Of a stretch of DNA of 64,000 nt, positions 24,580 to 37,299 are shown one piece after another. Each line of letters starts with the position of its first letter. The first letter of the stretch is position 1. This stretch comes from Hamiltosporidium tvaerminnensis FI-OER-3-3. Taxonomy: Eukaryota > Fungi > Microsporidia. Under the pieces are notes generated by a model. The model searched no databases. It was not told where the DNA came from and saw only the letters and a program-made list of their open reading frames with translations. A program made the position numbers and the translations under genes. The stretch is from positions 310,001 through 374,000 of the forward strand of contig CM061250.1 in NCBI GenBank assembly GCA_022605425.2, read 5' to 3'.

Positions 24580-26467
24580 TTAAATATAAGGGATTGAAAA
24601 TAAACGGTTATTAGATGAAAAGTATCAATATATATATCCGTCGAAAGTGATTATAATACCCATTATTTCTTATATAAACCCTCTATTTTTATTTCTATAA
24701 ATTTTATAAAATAGGTTATTTTCTTAAAATTATTTAGATTCCTCGAATTTTCAATACATTTCCTCCATAAGCTCACTGATACTTAAAAAAGACAGTTTTT
24801 TTTTTCTAAATTTATTAAGAATAATTTTAAAAAAAGCTTGTATAGTCACATATTTCAAATTACTTCAAAAAATTAGGAGGATTAATATCAATAGTTCAAA
24901 TAAAAAAATGTGCAAACATTTATTTACTTTTTTTACGTAATTATAAATAGCTCTGATGTCAATCTCACTATTTTCACTTGGTGATTTTATAATTATAAAA
25001 TAAATGCCACTATAAAAACTCAATAAATTTAAAAGTGGTATAAATAGGTAGCTTTGGCTTTTGTCTAAGTCGGTTTTATGTAAGTATAATTCCTACAAGT
25101 CAAATAACTTGAGATATACTTGATTCTCGTTCATTTGATTATTTATTTAAAACCCTAAAAAATTGGAAAGCATAGCAGTAATTCCCCATCTTTTCCAATA
25201 TAATAAGTTATTGCAGCAAGTGTGGGCTTAAAGTTAAGTTGATTAGTGATGTACATATGAAGAAATATCTAAATCTAATTAGATATATCAAAATTTTCAT
25301 GTGCAATAACCACGTTGTAATCCACTTAAATACAAGACCTCGATGTATCCTGTTTAATTTTAGGTTATTATCTATTCATAAAGAGAATTATGATAAACAA
25401 GTGGATGCAGGAAAAGCCTAAATGGAGATTTATTTGTTGCACTATGTATTGTTCTGTTATATACAAAAAACATTTTTAAATGTTTACATATTATTTATTT
25501 TCTCGTTTGGTAAACTTTCACTCCTAGCCATATATTTATAGCCTATCTTGACAGTTTTGCATGTCCTTACACTTAAAAATTATATAAGTTTCTATGTATA
25601 ACCTTGATACTCAGGCCAGCGAAGAGTTTTTCAAACCGTAAATTTTTAAAAATCGTTTGATATCAGATTTATTGCCACAGAAACAACAATGTTATTCAAC
25701 ACAAATTTAATTAACTCTTTTACAAATTTCGAAGTAATTTTAAGAAACCAAAGATATTGTGTATATGAGTCACTTAGATTGAGAAACAAGCAACATTGAT
25801 TATTTTTATCATGGTATCCATTAAAATCCACGCAATTCTAAATACTTTCAGGGGTATAAATTTAATACTGGATACACCCTTTCCTTCTTCTTCTTTTCCT
25901 TTGTTTTGTTAAAAGACAATTTTTTGCATTAATTAATTTAGAATTCATTTTAAGTTTAAAATAAATCACAAAAGAAAAATAAATTAGAAAAATTTAAACC
26001 CAAAAATAAATTTATAAACCATTTTATATTGAATAGTATTAGTATCTATAAATCAGCTATGGTTTTTTCGTTTCTTACAAATTAAAAAAGCAGAAAATAG
26101 AAAATTACAAAGAAAAGAAGTAGAAAACAAATTATATTTTATATTTTTTTAATATTCAAAACATCCAAATTTTTTATACAAAAATGTTAAGAGGGAATGG
26201 ATAGGAAAAAACCATGAAGGAATAGGATATCGAGAGATGTATAGGATAACCAAGATAAGTAGAACATGAAGGTATGTTAATAAAAGAGATGTAATATAAA
26301 TAAACAGTGTTGTTAAAAATAAAAAGTTGCAAAATAACGAGTTCTATTAGACATGAACAGAGTTTATTTGCTAATACATTTAATATTTTATTGTCAGAAA
26401 TATAAAAACATGATATTTTTACATTTTAATGAATAAATTTATATTAAACAGTTAAAAAAATAAATAT

Positions 26468-26660
26468 AAAAAATAAATCTTCCGTTTATCTATACTTCAG
26501 TAAATAAGAAATAAAAAAATAATAAACATCGGAAATAAAAAATAAATCTTCCGTTTTATCTATACTTCAGTAAATAAGAAATAAAAAAATAATAAACATC
26601 GGAAATAAAAAATAAATCTTCCGTTTATCTATACTTCAGTAAATAAAAAATAAATCTTTT
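26468..26660. repeat. Tandem repeat, ~68 bp x ~2.7
   Basis: aaaaataaatcttccgtttatctatacttcagtaaataagaaataaaaaaataataaacatcggaaat repeated. Confidence 0.9.
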
Positions 26661-26929
26661 CTTTTATTTATATTCCACTAGATAATAGAAATATTAAATT
26701 ATTCTTTCCCACTTGCTTTACTTTTAGATCCTAAATAAGTTCCTATTAATATACAGAAGAATCTTGTACCCAACCATGTAAATACAAATATAATTATTCC
26801 CATTTTAGTATTCATACGTATTTCTTACAACATTTATTTTATTACAATATTTACCAATCAAATTTATTTTTATAAAAAAAAGGAGAAAAATATGATAAAA
26901 ATTACTTATCAAAAGTAAATACGAGTAAT

Positions 26930-27040
26930 AAAAAAAGTGGTATAAAAAAGTGGTATAAAAATGTGGTATAAAAATGTGGTATAAAAAGAGGTATAAAAAA
27001 GTGGTATAAAAAGAGGTATAAAAAGTGGTATAAAAAAGTA
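26930..27040. repeat. Minisatellite (aaaaagtggtat)n, ~12-bp unit x ~9
   Basis: Direct reading of repeated ggtataaaaa units downstream of RPS8. Confidence 0.9.
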
Positions 27041-27286
27041 TTAAAATCTTTCATAAAATATAGTAACTAATAAGAATAGAAAAGATTCTTCAAAAAACTA
27101 AAAAAATAGAAAAAAAGTGTAGACAAATTAAAATTTGTAACTGAATATAAAAAACCCAAAAAATAATCTTAAATAGACTAAAAATATTCATGAAATAAAC
27201 CAAGAAGATAGAAAATATTCATAAAATAAACTAAAATAATAGAAAATCTTTTAACCAATCTTTAAATAATCCCTCAACCAATCCAC

Positions 27287-27850
27287 TTAAATAGCTTTAC
27301 TCTTCTTCTTCTTCAGTTTTTCTACATAAAACTGTAATTCATTTCCCTGTAAAACATACCCATCAGCTTTACCTACTTGTCCTGGTCTAGAAGTAACAAT
27401 GGCATATAAATTACCTTTTTCATTCGACTCAAAGAAAAAGGGATCCAATTCTTTAACTGTAGGTTCTTTACTACCAACACCTTCAATAAACTGTTTGGCT
27501 TCTGGGGACTCAATTTGTAGAACAGCACTTTTAGTCAAAGTATTGGTTCTCATCAGTTCATTGGATGTCGGATGGTAAACCACCTGTAAAATCTTGGCAT
27601 CAAAAGTAAAATCATGACTTTTAATAGTAAAAACACCGTTATTTAATCTTAACGCACGTAATTTTTCATTACCACCACGTACGCGTATAGATTTTATTCT
27701 TTCTTCTCCTATACGTGTACTACTTGTCTGTCGTGCCAAAGAATGTTTCCTTTTCTTGCAATATGTTCTTTTCTTACCACCTGTACTTGTACGTTTGTTT
27801 CTGTTTGTTCTTGAAATTCCTATAAATTAGATATTTATTTACTTACCCAT
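27287..27850 (-). CDS. RPS8: 40S ribosomal protein S8 (eS8); exons 27850-27847 and 27819-27287, 178 aa
   Basis: Splicing out a 27-nt intron restores MGISRTNRNKRTSTGGKKRTYCKKRKHSLARQ. Conserved RVRGGN, NELMRTNTLTK and SRPGQVGKADGYVLQG are present. CCCC lies upstream of the ATG. Confidence 0.97.
27820..27846 (-). other. 27-nt spliceosomal intron in RPS8, just after the start codon
   Basis: ATGG|GTAAGT aaataaatat CTAAT ttaTAG|GA shows a canonical donor, branch point and acceptor. Its removal restores the conserved N-terminus in frame. Confidence 0.93.
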
Positions 27851-28198
27851 TCTATAGAGGGGTGTAGAGAATTAAATTATAATAGATTTTGTAGGATGAA
27901 GAAGTAATTATATTGTGAGGGTAGAATAATATTTTAAGATACAAGGATTATAGGAAAGAAGGATGGGGGAGGGTGAAGAAACTAAAAAGATTTAATTTTT
28001 TAAATATTTTATGTACAGAATGAATGGAGAGGCGTAAAATTAAAGAATTAAAAAGATTTATTTTATAAATATTTTAAAACTGGTTTATCATAGCAGTAGG
28101 AAAGAAGGGAGAGAAATAAATATCTTTATAAGAAGTAAGAGCGAAGCGAGAAATAAAAATATTTCTTATTTTTCTTTAACCTTCTAATCCCTTATTAT
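27851..28198. promoter_or_regulatory. Divergent (bidirectional) promoter region between RPS8 and TFB5
   Basis: 348-bp head-to-head spacer with a CCC-type motif close to each ATG. Confidence 0.55.
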
Positions 28199-28399
28199 AT
28201 GGTAAAAGCTGTAAGAGGTTGTCTTATAAAAACAGAACCAAGTGTAAAAGAAGTAATTCTTAAAATAAGTGAAACAGAGCATTACGTTATAGAAGATATA
28301 AATGAAACAACACTCTTTGTAAATTATGACTGTTTGGATACTCTTAAATCGAGAGTAGAAAAGGTTTTATCATCAACGACACGGACAGTAGAAAATTAG
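28199..28399 (+). CDS. TFB5: TFIIH subunit Tfb5 (TTDA/GTF2H5)
   Basis: MVKAVRGCLIKTEPSVKEVILKI...YVIEDINETTLFV matches the Tfb5 family pattern and size. CCC lies upstream of the ATG. Confidence 0.9.
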   Translation: MVKAVRGCLIKTEPSVKEVILKISETEHYVIEDINETTLFVNYDCLDTLKSRVEKVLSSTTRTVEN

Positions 28400-28519
28400 T
28401 AAATAAAATGTTTTTCTATTTATTTTATTCTTTTTTAGGCTGTGGTTTGTATATTTTATTCTTTATATTTTATCCTGTGGTTTGTATTTTAATTCTTTTA
28501 ATTTTATCTACTTTTGTTT

Positions 28520-29243
28520 GTGGAGAGAGGATAACACAATAAAAAACTTTCTGCTTGGCAATGAGTGTGTGAAACTGGTGTGAGGATCATTGTTTTGATT
28601 TTTGGTAAAAGAAAACCACACTACATCTTCGGTTGTTCTATGAGAGTTTGTATGAGGAACAGAGATCCACGAAAAAGTGAAACCTTTTCTAGAAATTTAT
28701 TTGTAGTTTTTTATGTAACCAGATTGCAGACCGCAGCTGAAAATGTAGGTAATTGCCATGTAAAAGCATGGAAACCTAGCCTTGCTCACTCGGGTTAGAA
28801 GACTTAGCGCCTGGGATATATAAAAATTAAAACAGTTAAAAGCCGGGAAACCTAAGATGCAGGTTATACCTGTTGGTATGTCATTGCACTATCTAGGTGG
28901 ACCCCATGTAAATCTCTGAAATATATCTTAGCTAGAAGTTTATTGGGTTCAGAAAGTGTAGAGTAAGTGGGAATGCTGCATAGTCTTGGGGGAGCCCAGG
29001 GGGGGCTTCGGCCTTCGATCACACTCCATGCAAAGGAATTAACGAACTCCGGGCAACAGCCTCGTCTATTATTTAGGTTCTACACACCTGGTAGATGAAA
29101 GGCTTTGAGAAGTAGGTATCGCAGGAGTTACCGATGGAGTGTTGGGGTAGTAGTCATTTATGTTAAACCTATAACTGCGTTAATGACATGAAAACAAATA
29201 TAACACTTGCTACTATTTTAAAAAGATGTCATACTTTTAAATA
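28520..29243 (+). mobile_element. ~720-bp dispersed repeat, copy 7 (young, full length)
   Basis: Near-identical to copies 3, 9 and 10. Flanked by aattttatctactttNgttt at 28500-28519 and 29244-29263 (20 bp, 1 mismatch). Confidence 0.95.
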
Positions 29244-29339
29244 AATTTTATCTACTTTGGTTTATTTACTACTTTATATTTAATCTATTTTTTAATTCAT
29301 TATATTTTATATTTATTTCTTCTTTTTTGAAAGATTAAG

Positions 29340-30062
29340 ATGGAGGAACACCACATAAAAAACTATCTACTTGGTAATGAGTATGTTAAATTGGTTTTAA
29401 GATTATTGTTTGAATTTTTGCTGAGAATAAAACACCATTGGATTTTCGGTTGTTATATTGGAGTTTGTATAAAGAAGAAGAGGTTTTAGAAATGGAGAAA
29501 CTTTTTCTACAAATTTATTCAGTAGTTTTTTATCTAACTAGATGCGAGAGCCTATGTGAACTTATAGGTAATTGTCATGTAAAAGTAATGAAATCGAATC
29601 TGGCTCACTCGGGTTAGAAGACTTAGCACCTGGGAGATATAAAAATCAAAACAGTTAAAAGCCGGGAAACCTAAGATGCTAGTTATACCTGTTGGTATGA
29701 CATTGCACTGTCTATGTAGTTCCCTTTTAGTCTCTGAAATATATCTTAGCTAGAAGTTTATTAGGTTCGGGAAGTGTTGAGTACTGGAAATGCTGCATAG
29801 TCTTGAAGGAGCCCAGTTTGGGGCACGACTTACGATCACACTTCCTGGAACAGCCATTAACGAACTTCAGACAACCGCCTCGCTTATAAATTAGATTCTA
29901 CACACCTTTTAGATGTAGTGTTTGAGGCGTAGGTATTTTAGGGGTACTAATGAAGTGTTGAAGGAGCAGGTATTTAGGTTAAACACAGAAATAAATTAAT
30001 ATTATGAAAAAAATCCAACACTTGCCACTTTTTTAAGAAGATTTGATATTTTTTAAATAAAT
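29340..30062 (+). mobile_element. ~720-bp dispersed repeat, copy 8 (moderately diverged)
   Basis: Full-length collinear match, ~100 bp downstream of copy 7. Confidence 0.93.
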
Positions 30063-30279
30063 GTTTTAGCTATAAAATGTTATGAGGGAGTAAGGTATAC
30101 TTATATGACAGAAATATATGATAAAAATATCCTTCTTCAAGGTGATATTTTAAAGAATTAAAGTAACTATTTCGAACTCATTCATATATATTTATAGAAT
30201 AGAAAAAGGAATATAATGGTATATCATGTTTTGAAAGTCTGTTTAATACAATATGTTCAAAAAATTTTCTATATTTTGA

Positions 30280-30650
30280 ATACTTTCCTCCATCATTTTA
30301 ACAAACACATAATCTTACTTTAAATAAAACGCTTCATATACATTTATTACCGTTTCCTCCACTGTAAGTACACCATATAAAATGAAAAGTATCTTATTTT
30401 TCATATTTACTTTTTTAATGACGTCATCCTAGATACAAGCCCGTCTTAAAGGAAGTGTTGGTTTTTCATGTACCTCAGTCTTTTAAATAAGCAAAAGAAC
30501 GCTCTTTCAACTCTTTTCGGCATTTGATCTTTCAAAGAAAATCATTTCAACTGTCTTCTGGAGTAATATTGAATGAATTCATGCCTCTGCATTCATAGGC
30601 ATTTGCTGTCTTCGAAGATACGTCTTATGGTATTTTGTCACAACACTGGT
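30280..30650 (-). pseudogene. Old 3' fragment of the same RLE non-LTR retrotransposon family as 57160-60943
   Basis: 30510-30645 (cggcatttg...atcatttcaactgtcttctggagta...atgcctctgcattcataggcatttgctgtc...tacgtcttatggtattttgtcacaacac) aligns by eye with 57445-57598. Confidence 0.8.
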
Positions 30651-31749
30651 ACTGCTCAGAACTTAGATATTAGCTAAATACCTACCTGAAATTAAGCTCT
30701 AGATCATTGGCTATAAATTCATACTTTCTAAGCTTTTATGTTTAGACTTTTTGTGCCATTTGCGAAAATAATTCCCCTTCATCTGATGTAGGCTTGATGG
30801 TTGTACGTATTTGAAGTAAATTTATCAGCTATTTGTATTATACGATCTCGGTCGCTGTCATCAAAAGACTAAAGAAAATGAGACCGGATGTGAAAGTTTT
30901 TACTGGTGTATAGGCAAAAAAACTCTCGAATCGCCAATCGTGTTCATTTAGATCTGTATTGTTCAAATGGCAATGTAATATTTTGCATGGTTGTTATTAA
31001 GAGTGTTAAAAATTATGCGAATTTCTGCCGATTTCAATATGTATTATTAAAGGCCGTGTTTTGAGTCTCATCTGTTCTTGCTTTTACAATTTATTTATAT
31101 TTTTACCTGAATATATCTAGTACGGATATTCTTTACTGGTGTTTTTTTGCTTTTTGGCAAGAAAATGAATATAAATATTAAATTATTTCTTTGATCTATT
31201 AAAAATCATGAGGAAATTCGGAAAGAGATAGGAATTAGGTTTCGAGCCATAATCCTTGATTTTCCGCATACTTCTTACTATTGTGAAAAACATGACTTTT
31301 TATCATAATCTTGTATCGTAAACTGCTATTCGTCCGATAAATTTGTCTGTTATTCTGAATTTAGATCTTTTATAATTTCCAGGTATTCATTCTTATTTTC
31401 TCATATTATTTTAAGAACTTCTTAAATTGAGTGATTCCTACTTCTTTTTATGGACTTAATTTACATCATTCCAAACAAGTAAAAAACGAATCACTGTTTG
31501 ATTTTGGTACCTGCAAGGGCTTGCTCTACCCTTTATAATATCTAGTCGCTTGGTTTTTTTACTATTTCCGTCTAATTAGATCGGGACATTCCCTTACTGT
31601 GCAAAATTCATTTATATTTTGAGGAGACAGAATCTTGCAGGAAAACTAAGCCATGAGCACCTATGTTGGTCATCTTAAAGACTAAAAGGCATTAAAGTTA
31701 GTTAAATTAAAAATTTAAAGAGATTTTAATTTTTATTTTCTTTATATAA

Positions 31750-32150
31750 GTTGGTAAATATATCTTTCAATGGGTTCCTTTATTGTCTTATTCTTCTATC
31801 CTATATTTAAATAAGTCTACTTTTTAGTAGAATATAAGATTAAACGTCTTACGTGGTTGGTATTCTAGAAACTAAGTAAAAATTTCGTTAACATTTTTCT
31901 TGAAAGTTCTAAAACTGCAGGTGCGGATAGTCGATTTAGTCCTTTACACAATGCAAGCCTCTTTCAAAACTGTTCTAGGAAGATACAAACGCGTTTAGCA
32001 TTCGAATCAAATCTGAACTTAATTCTTTATCAGAACAACACGCCCAGCATCATCTAGCTTAGAAACGTCAGCATAGTCAAATCAAAGTTTTTCTCCATAA
32101 TCAAAGAGTAATGATTTATAAATTAAATATTGATGGATTTTAAAAACATT
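31750..32150 (-). pseudogene. Possible RTE-like LINE relic (region C-terminal to the RT)
   Basis: Reverse-strand fragments resemble DG..DKEI..RI..AKxAF and EAW..K.D.NRL. Very degraded. Confidence 0.3.
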
Positions 32151-33399
32151 CTTTTCATTAAATCGGCTTCCTAATATATATAATTCCTTAATATTGGTTT
32201 CGCTTGTACTTTTTTAAGTGCCTTCGTATTATATGCCATTGCTATCTCTTTAGTATCTCAAAGTATTTCAATAAACCATTCTATCAATTAAAACAATAAC
32301 CATTTATCATATTTTATGGTTAATGCCTATGCTCTCTCTATTTATCTCATATCAAATATATTTTTAAAATATTTCTACTCAATTTACATAGCTTAAAATG
32401 TCAGATTATCTAGAACAAATAGCATTAGATTATCGATAATCAAAAGATGATTAATGATCAGAAAACAACATTCATATTATTGATGCTTTTGTGTATTTTT
32501 CACCTTATTCGCGATTCAATAAATCTAAACACAATATACAAAATATGACAAACAATTTCTAGACGGTAAAGCTCTTTCAATATTTTTGCTCAAAATTTTT
32601 ACAGATTCAAAATATATGAATTATGAAATTATATATATTTATCCGAATAAATGTCAGAATAAAATATAATAAATATAGTTTTTCGATGGAATTTATCAAA
32701 TAAGCTTTACATAATGAATCAATTAATTTTTCAAAATATATGGCAAGTTGCATTTGGATTGTTTTCATATATTTTTAATAAAAAACGTTCAATAAACCTG
32801 TTATTGGCTTTTTAATACATCTCAATCTCCTAACCCATGCAATAAGATATTCCCTGTATTTTCGTTTCAAATATGATAATCCATCAAAATTTATCCTTCG
32901 GCCCTAGAAGTTGAATGTGCAAGTATTTGGTTGTAATTAAAAATCATCTTAGAAATATATACAGAGATTAAATATCAAACCGAAAACCGTTCAGCTTGGA
33001 TTATTATTTTTAGAAATACGGCTTTTGAAATCTAATATATATTGATTAGAATAAGATGTTTAATGATTAAAAAATATTATAGATACTGTCAATCTTGTTC
33101 TTTTGCTCAGAAGCCAATTGATAATACAAAAAAATATCAAGCACGGAAATAAAATCAGACCATTTTTCGATACGGATTTAGTGCGAATCATCATATTAGT
33201 TGCTATCGTTTTCTCCTCACGCTATAAACCAAAAAAATTAAGATTTCGTTACAATAAACAATATATTCTGATTCAGAATACACGGCTAACGAAATATAAA
33301 ATCGATTAACAGAATAACGTAAAAATATGGTTTTATTGTTATAAAGCATCTTAGTTTACCAAATAAATATATTTTGTTTAACTCGAGTCTCGAAAAAGA

Positions 33400-34200
33400 A
33401 CATTTCAAAACCCAAATCTTAGTGAAGCTCTTGTATGATTCTCTCAATACCATATGTTTTAAAAACGAATAATTTTTGTTGAAGAGCCAATTAGAAATTA
33501 TTTCGGTAATTAGTAATCAATAAGTGGATTATATGTTTTCCCGAAAAAAGAAACCAGTTTTTTATTGTGTGTTGCCTCGTCACAGTACATCTGGGCTGCC
33601 TCAATAATGCGTTACGCATCAGTCATTGGCACATTAAATTTCTGCATTCCTGCGCCATTTGATTAATATACTCCAATATTTGCTATAAAATTTTCACTTG
33701 AGAGCATTTGAGTTCGTATCATTACCTCTTTGGTTTGATGCTTCTAAGTTTTTTTTTCACATATTTTTGTTTTTTTATGACATAGAAAGCATATTTAATC
33801 CGGTAATATGAAAAAGTGAAACAAGTTTCGCTCTAGTCGTCTTTTTTTCCTTCTTGGCTTTTTCTTCTCTGCAATTTTTCTTTAATTTTTTCAACACATC
33901 AATAGTATTATCACAACCAATTTCTTATATTTTGCTAGTAATATCGCACCTGAATTTTCTAGAAATACTCATGAATCTCTTTTGTGTAGCTAAAAACCCG
34001 GATAAACTCATTTTTGCTTACAGCCGTGAAAATATTTAATATTAAACTTAATACAATCAGTAAGTTTCCCTTTACAACGGCTGTAGTATTTAGATTGATC
34101 AGAATTAAAGGCATCTCTACGCAGAGGCACCAAAAACGAGAAGACTAGGTTATGGTTGTAAGCAAGCAGACCATTTAAATCCGAAAAATATCCTCATAAA
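33400..34200 (-). pseudogene. Old 5' fragment of an RLE non-LTR retrotransposon related to 57160-60943
   Basis: NVPMTDA*RIIEAAQMYCDEAT (~33570-33635) versus NVSDSARIIQAAQVCYYEET, and KWSACL (~34160-34178) versus GWSAIL. Confidence 0.7.
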
Positions 34201-34972
34201 ATTAATGAGGTAGGGAGGAATGACAAATATATATGTTCTTTGAATACCTATATAACTCATACATAGCCTATATCTCCTTTAACCCTTTTCCTACTTTTTT
34301 TAAAAATTATTTTATATTCTCTCATTTTCGCTGTCAAATTTTTTTTCTTCCCACAATTAAATTAAAAATGTATCATCTTTCATAAATTGTTTAAAAACAA
34401 TCCGAAAATTAATAAAATATATATTTTAAGCTATAAATTTATCGCTTTCCGACAATAATTATTTTCAAAGATCTATTGTTTAATTTTTTTTAATATATTT
34501 TCACAACTATCAAAAAATATATCAATTTAAATTTAGACTAAAAAGAAAGATAAAACCACAATTACTAGATGATCTTTAGTTAAAGTAATATTTAACCCGT
34601 TGATTTCATTATAGCAGATAAAAAAAATGTCTCGACAGATTTGTTAAATCAGTTAAGATTTTTTGCATTTAATTATAATTTTTTTGAAAATATTTGATAA
34701 CAATGAATTCTGAAGTAATATTCTAATTTAATTCCTCTACATTCTAAAATTAGTTTTGCTATAATACATAAAGTTATTTCTTTTTTTTTAAAAGAAAAAC
34801 TCAAGTCTAAAGAGATTGCGCTTAGCATGATTTTTTTAGATATCTTACTGAATTGATATGTTCTAACCAGAATTTTATGACTTATGAATTTATGTTTTCT
34901 GCTTGATTTATGCTAGAAAATTTATATAAAATAAGTTATATGGTTGTATTTCTTAAATAATAGTTAAAAAAC

Positions 34973-35700
34973 TTTATTTAAAAGTATCACATCTTTTTAA
35001 AATAGTGGCAAGTGTTATATTTGTTTTTATGACATTAACGCAGTTCTAGGTTTAACATAAATGACTGCTACCCCAACACTCCATCGGTAACCCCTGCGAT
35101 ACCTACGTCCCAAAGCCTTTCATCTACCAGGTGTATAGAACCTAATTAATAGGCGAGGCAGTTGCCCGGAGTTCGTTAATGTCCGTTGCATGGAGTGTGA
35201 TCGAAGGCCGAAGCCCCCCCCCTGGGCTCCCCCAAGACTATGCAGCATTCCCACTTACTCTACACTTTCTGAACCCAATAAACTTCTAGCTAAGATATAT
35301 TTCAGAGATTTACATGGGGTCCACCTAGACAGTGCAATGTCATACCAACAGGTATAACCTGCTACTTAGCTTTCCTGGCTTTTAATGGTTTTTATTTTTA
35401 TATCTCCCAGGCGCTAAGTCTTCTAACCCGAGTGAGCAAGGCTAGGTTTCCATGCTTTTACATGGCAATTACCTACATTTTCAGCTGCGGTCTGCAATCT
35501 GGTTACATAAAAAACTACAAATAAATTTGTAAAAAAGGTTTCTCCATTTCTTAGACCTCTCCTCCTCATAACAACTCCCATGGAACAACCGAAGATGTAG
35601 TGTGGTTTTCTTTCACCAAAAATCCAAACAATGATCTCACACCAGTTTCACACACTCATTGCCAAGCAGAAAGTTTTTTATATGGTTATCCTCCCTCCAC
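34973..35700 (-). mobile_element. ~720-bp dispersed repeat, copy 9 (young, full length)
   Basis: Reverse complement is near-identical to copies 3, 7 and 10. It starts gtggagggaggataacc and ends gatgtgatacttttaaataaa. Confidence 0.95.
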
Positions 35701-37299
35701 CCAAATATAATTTTATAATTTGTTATTTTGTATTAAATTAACATATTAGCAAGCAATATCAATGACGAATATACAAAATAATGCAAGGAATACAGACGCG
35801 CTCTTTTATTATACAAATAACACAATCTACATAGATCAGGGATCTTTTTCCCAGAAGCCTTCACATTTTTTTTTGTAGAGTAGGTGTTTTTTTAGTATGA
35901 ATTCAAAATAAAAAAAATAAATTATACAAAAAAAAATTGCAATCATAGAAAATTTTTATTATGAATTCAAAATACAAAGAAAATCTGTTAGCTTTTAATA
36001 TGTTTTTTGCCGTTAATAATCTATTTAATGATTATATCAGGAAAATGTAAAACAAAATAATAAAAAAGATGTACCATAATTTATTATAAATGAGATTAAT
36101 ATGGTTGACACCGTTAATTAAAATCTACTAGTAGAAATAATCACAAAGGAACTCAATAGCCTTTCAGATAAGCAAGATCTTAAAATATTTTTTCTATATT
36201 TTTTTTTAGAAAATATATTTTTTACATAAATAGGTAGTACATAAAGCGCAAATAAATAAACGCCCGAGCAAATTTATAAAAGTTATTGAACTACGTAGTT
36301 GGGACAATCTTAATAAATTACACTATTTTTTCGTAATATATCTGTTTTAAAATATTATCTAGATATATTTTAATTTTTTTGAATGTATGTACAAAGCTTT
36401 TAATATTTCCTTTTTAATACCTGTAATAAACAGCAAAGGAATATTTTTGAGCATCAGTATCAAGTCTAATAGATTCTTGGCCCTTGCACCTTTTTATATA
36501 TGTCAATATGCCCGCGATATAAAAAGTTTGACGGCCCTTGTGCTATGTTAAGTATAATATAGACTTTGAATGCAGAATGCATAGATTAAAAATATCTAAT
36601 AGTAGATACATATTAATAAATATATCTGTATGTATATTTTCGAAGTTATTTAAATCTAGAAACTTATTTTTTAACTGCTAGTGGTCTTTTTGGATCACTT
36701 GATTAACTAAATAAATACAGAAAAGACTGATGCGATCTTTCCATTACATTTTGGCAAAAATAGATTTTATAATATAGATGGAACCAATCAAAATCGTCAA
36801 AACTATAAAAACATGATAGAATATTTCCCAAACTAAATCGAAAAAAACACACAAAATGACTATAAGAGAATTACACGATGAATAATCCAGCGTCTAAATC
36901 CTTTTAATAAGAGAAATTTACGTCTTAAAACAAGCTTGACCACGCTGCTTGGATATTTCTTAACAATAGTATGAGAAATTGAACATCAATATTAAAATAT
37001 TTCTAATTTAGAATTATAGAATAGAAATATTTATTTTTAAGACTATTTTACAAGAGACAAGTCAAATCGGGCCCGGATTCACTTTGCAACATGGTCTGCA
37101 AGTTTCAAGTAAGAAAATACTATAGCTTGAATCAAAGTCAACAAGATTGATTTTTATTAAAGAAAATAAAATATAATCTTTTTTATAATAAATTTTCATG
37201 TAACATGACTGATAACAAAAATAATAAATCAAAAAGATTCAAATACACGATAAAAAAAGAGCCACACACAGATGACCTGTAGCTGTAAAGCAGTTGAAG

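Noticed and set aside
26930-27040. CRISPR-like or telomeric array
   Set aside because: Contiguous 12-bp units without unique spacers, no cas genes, eukaryotic context, and not a TTAGG-type repeat.
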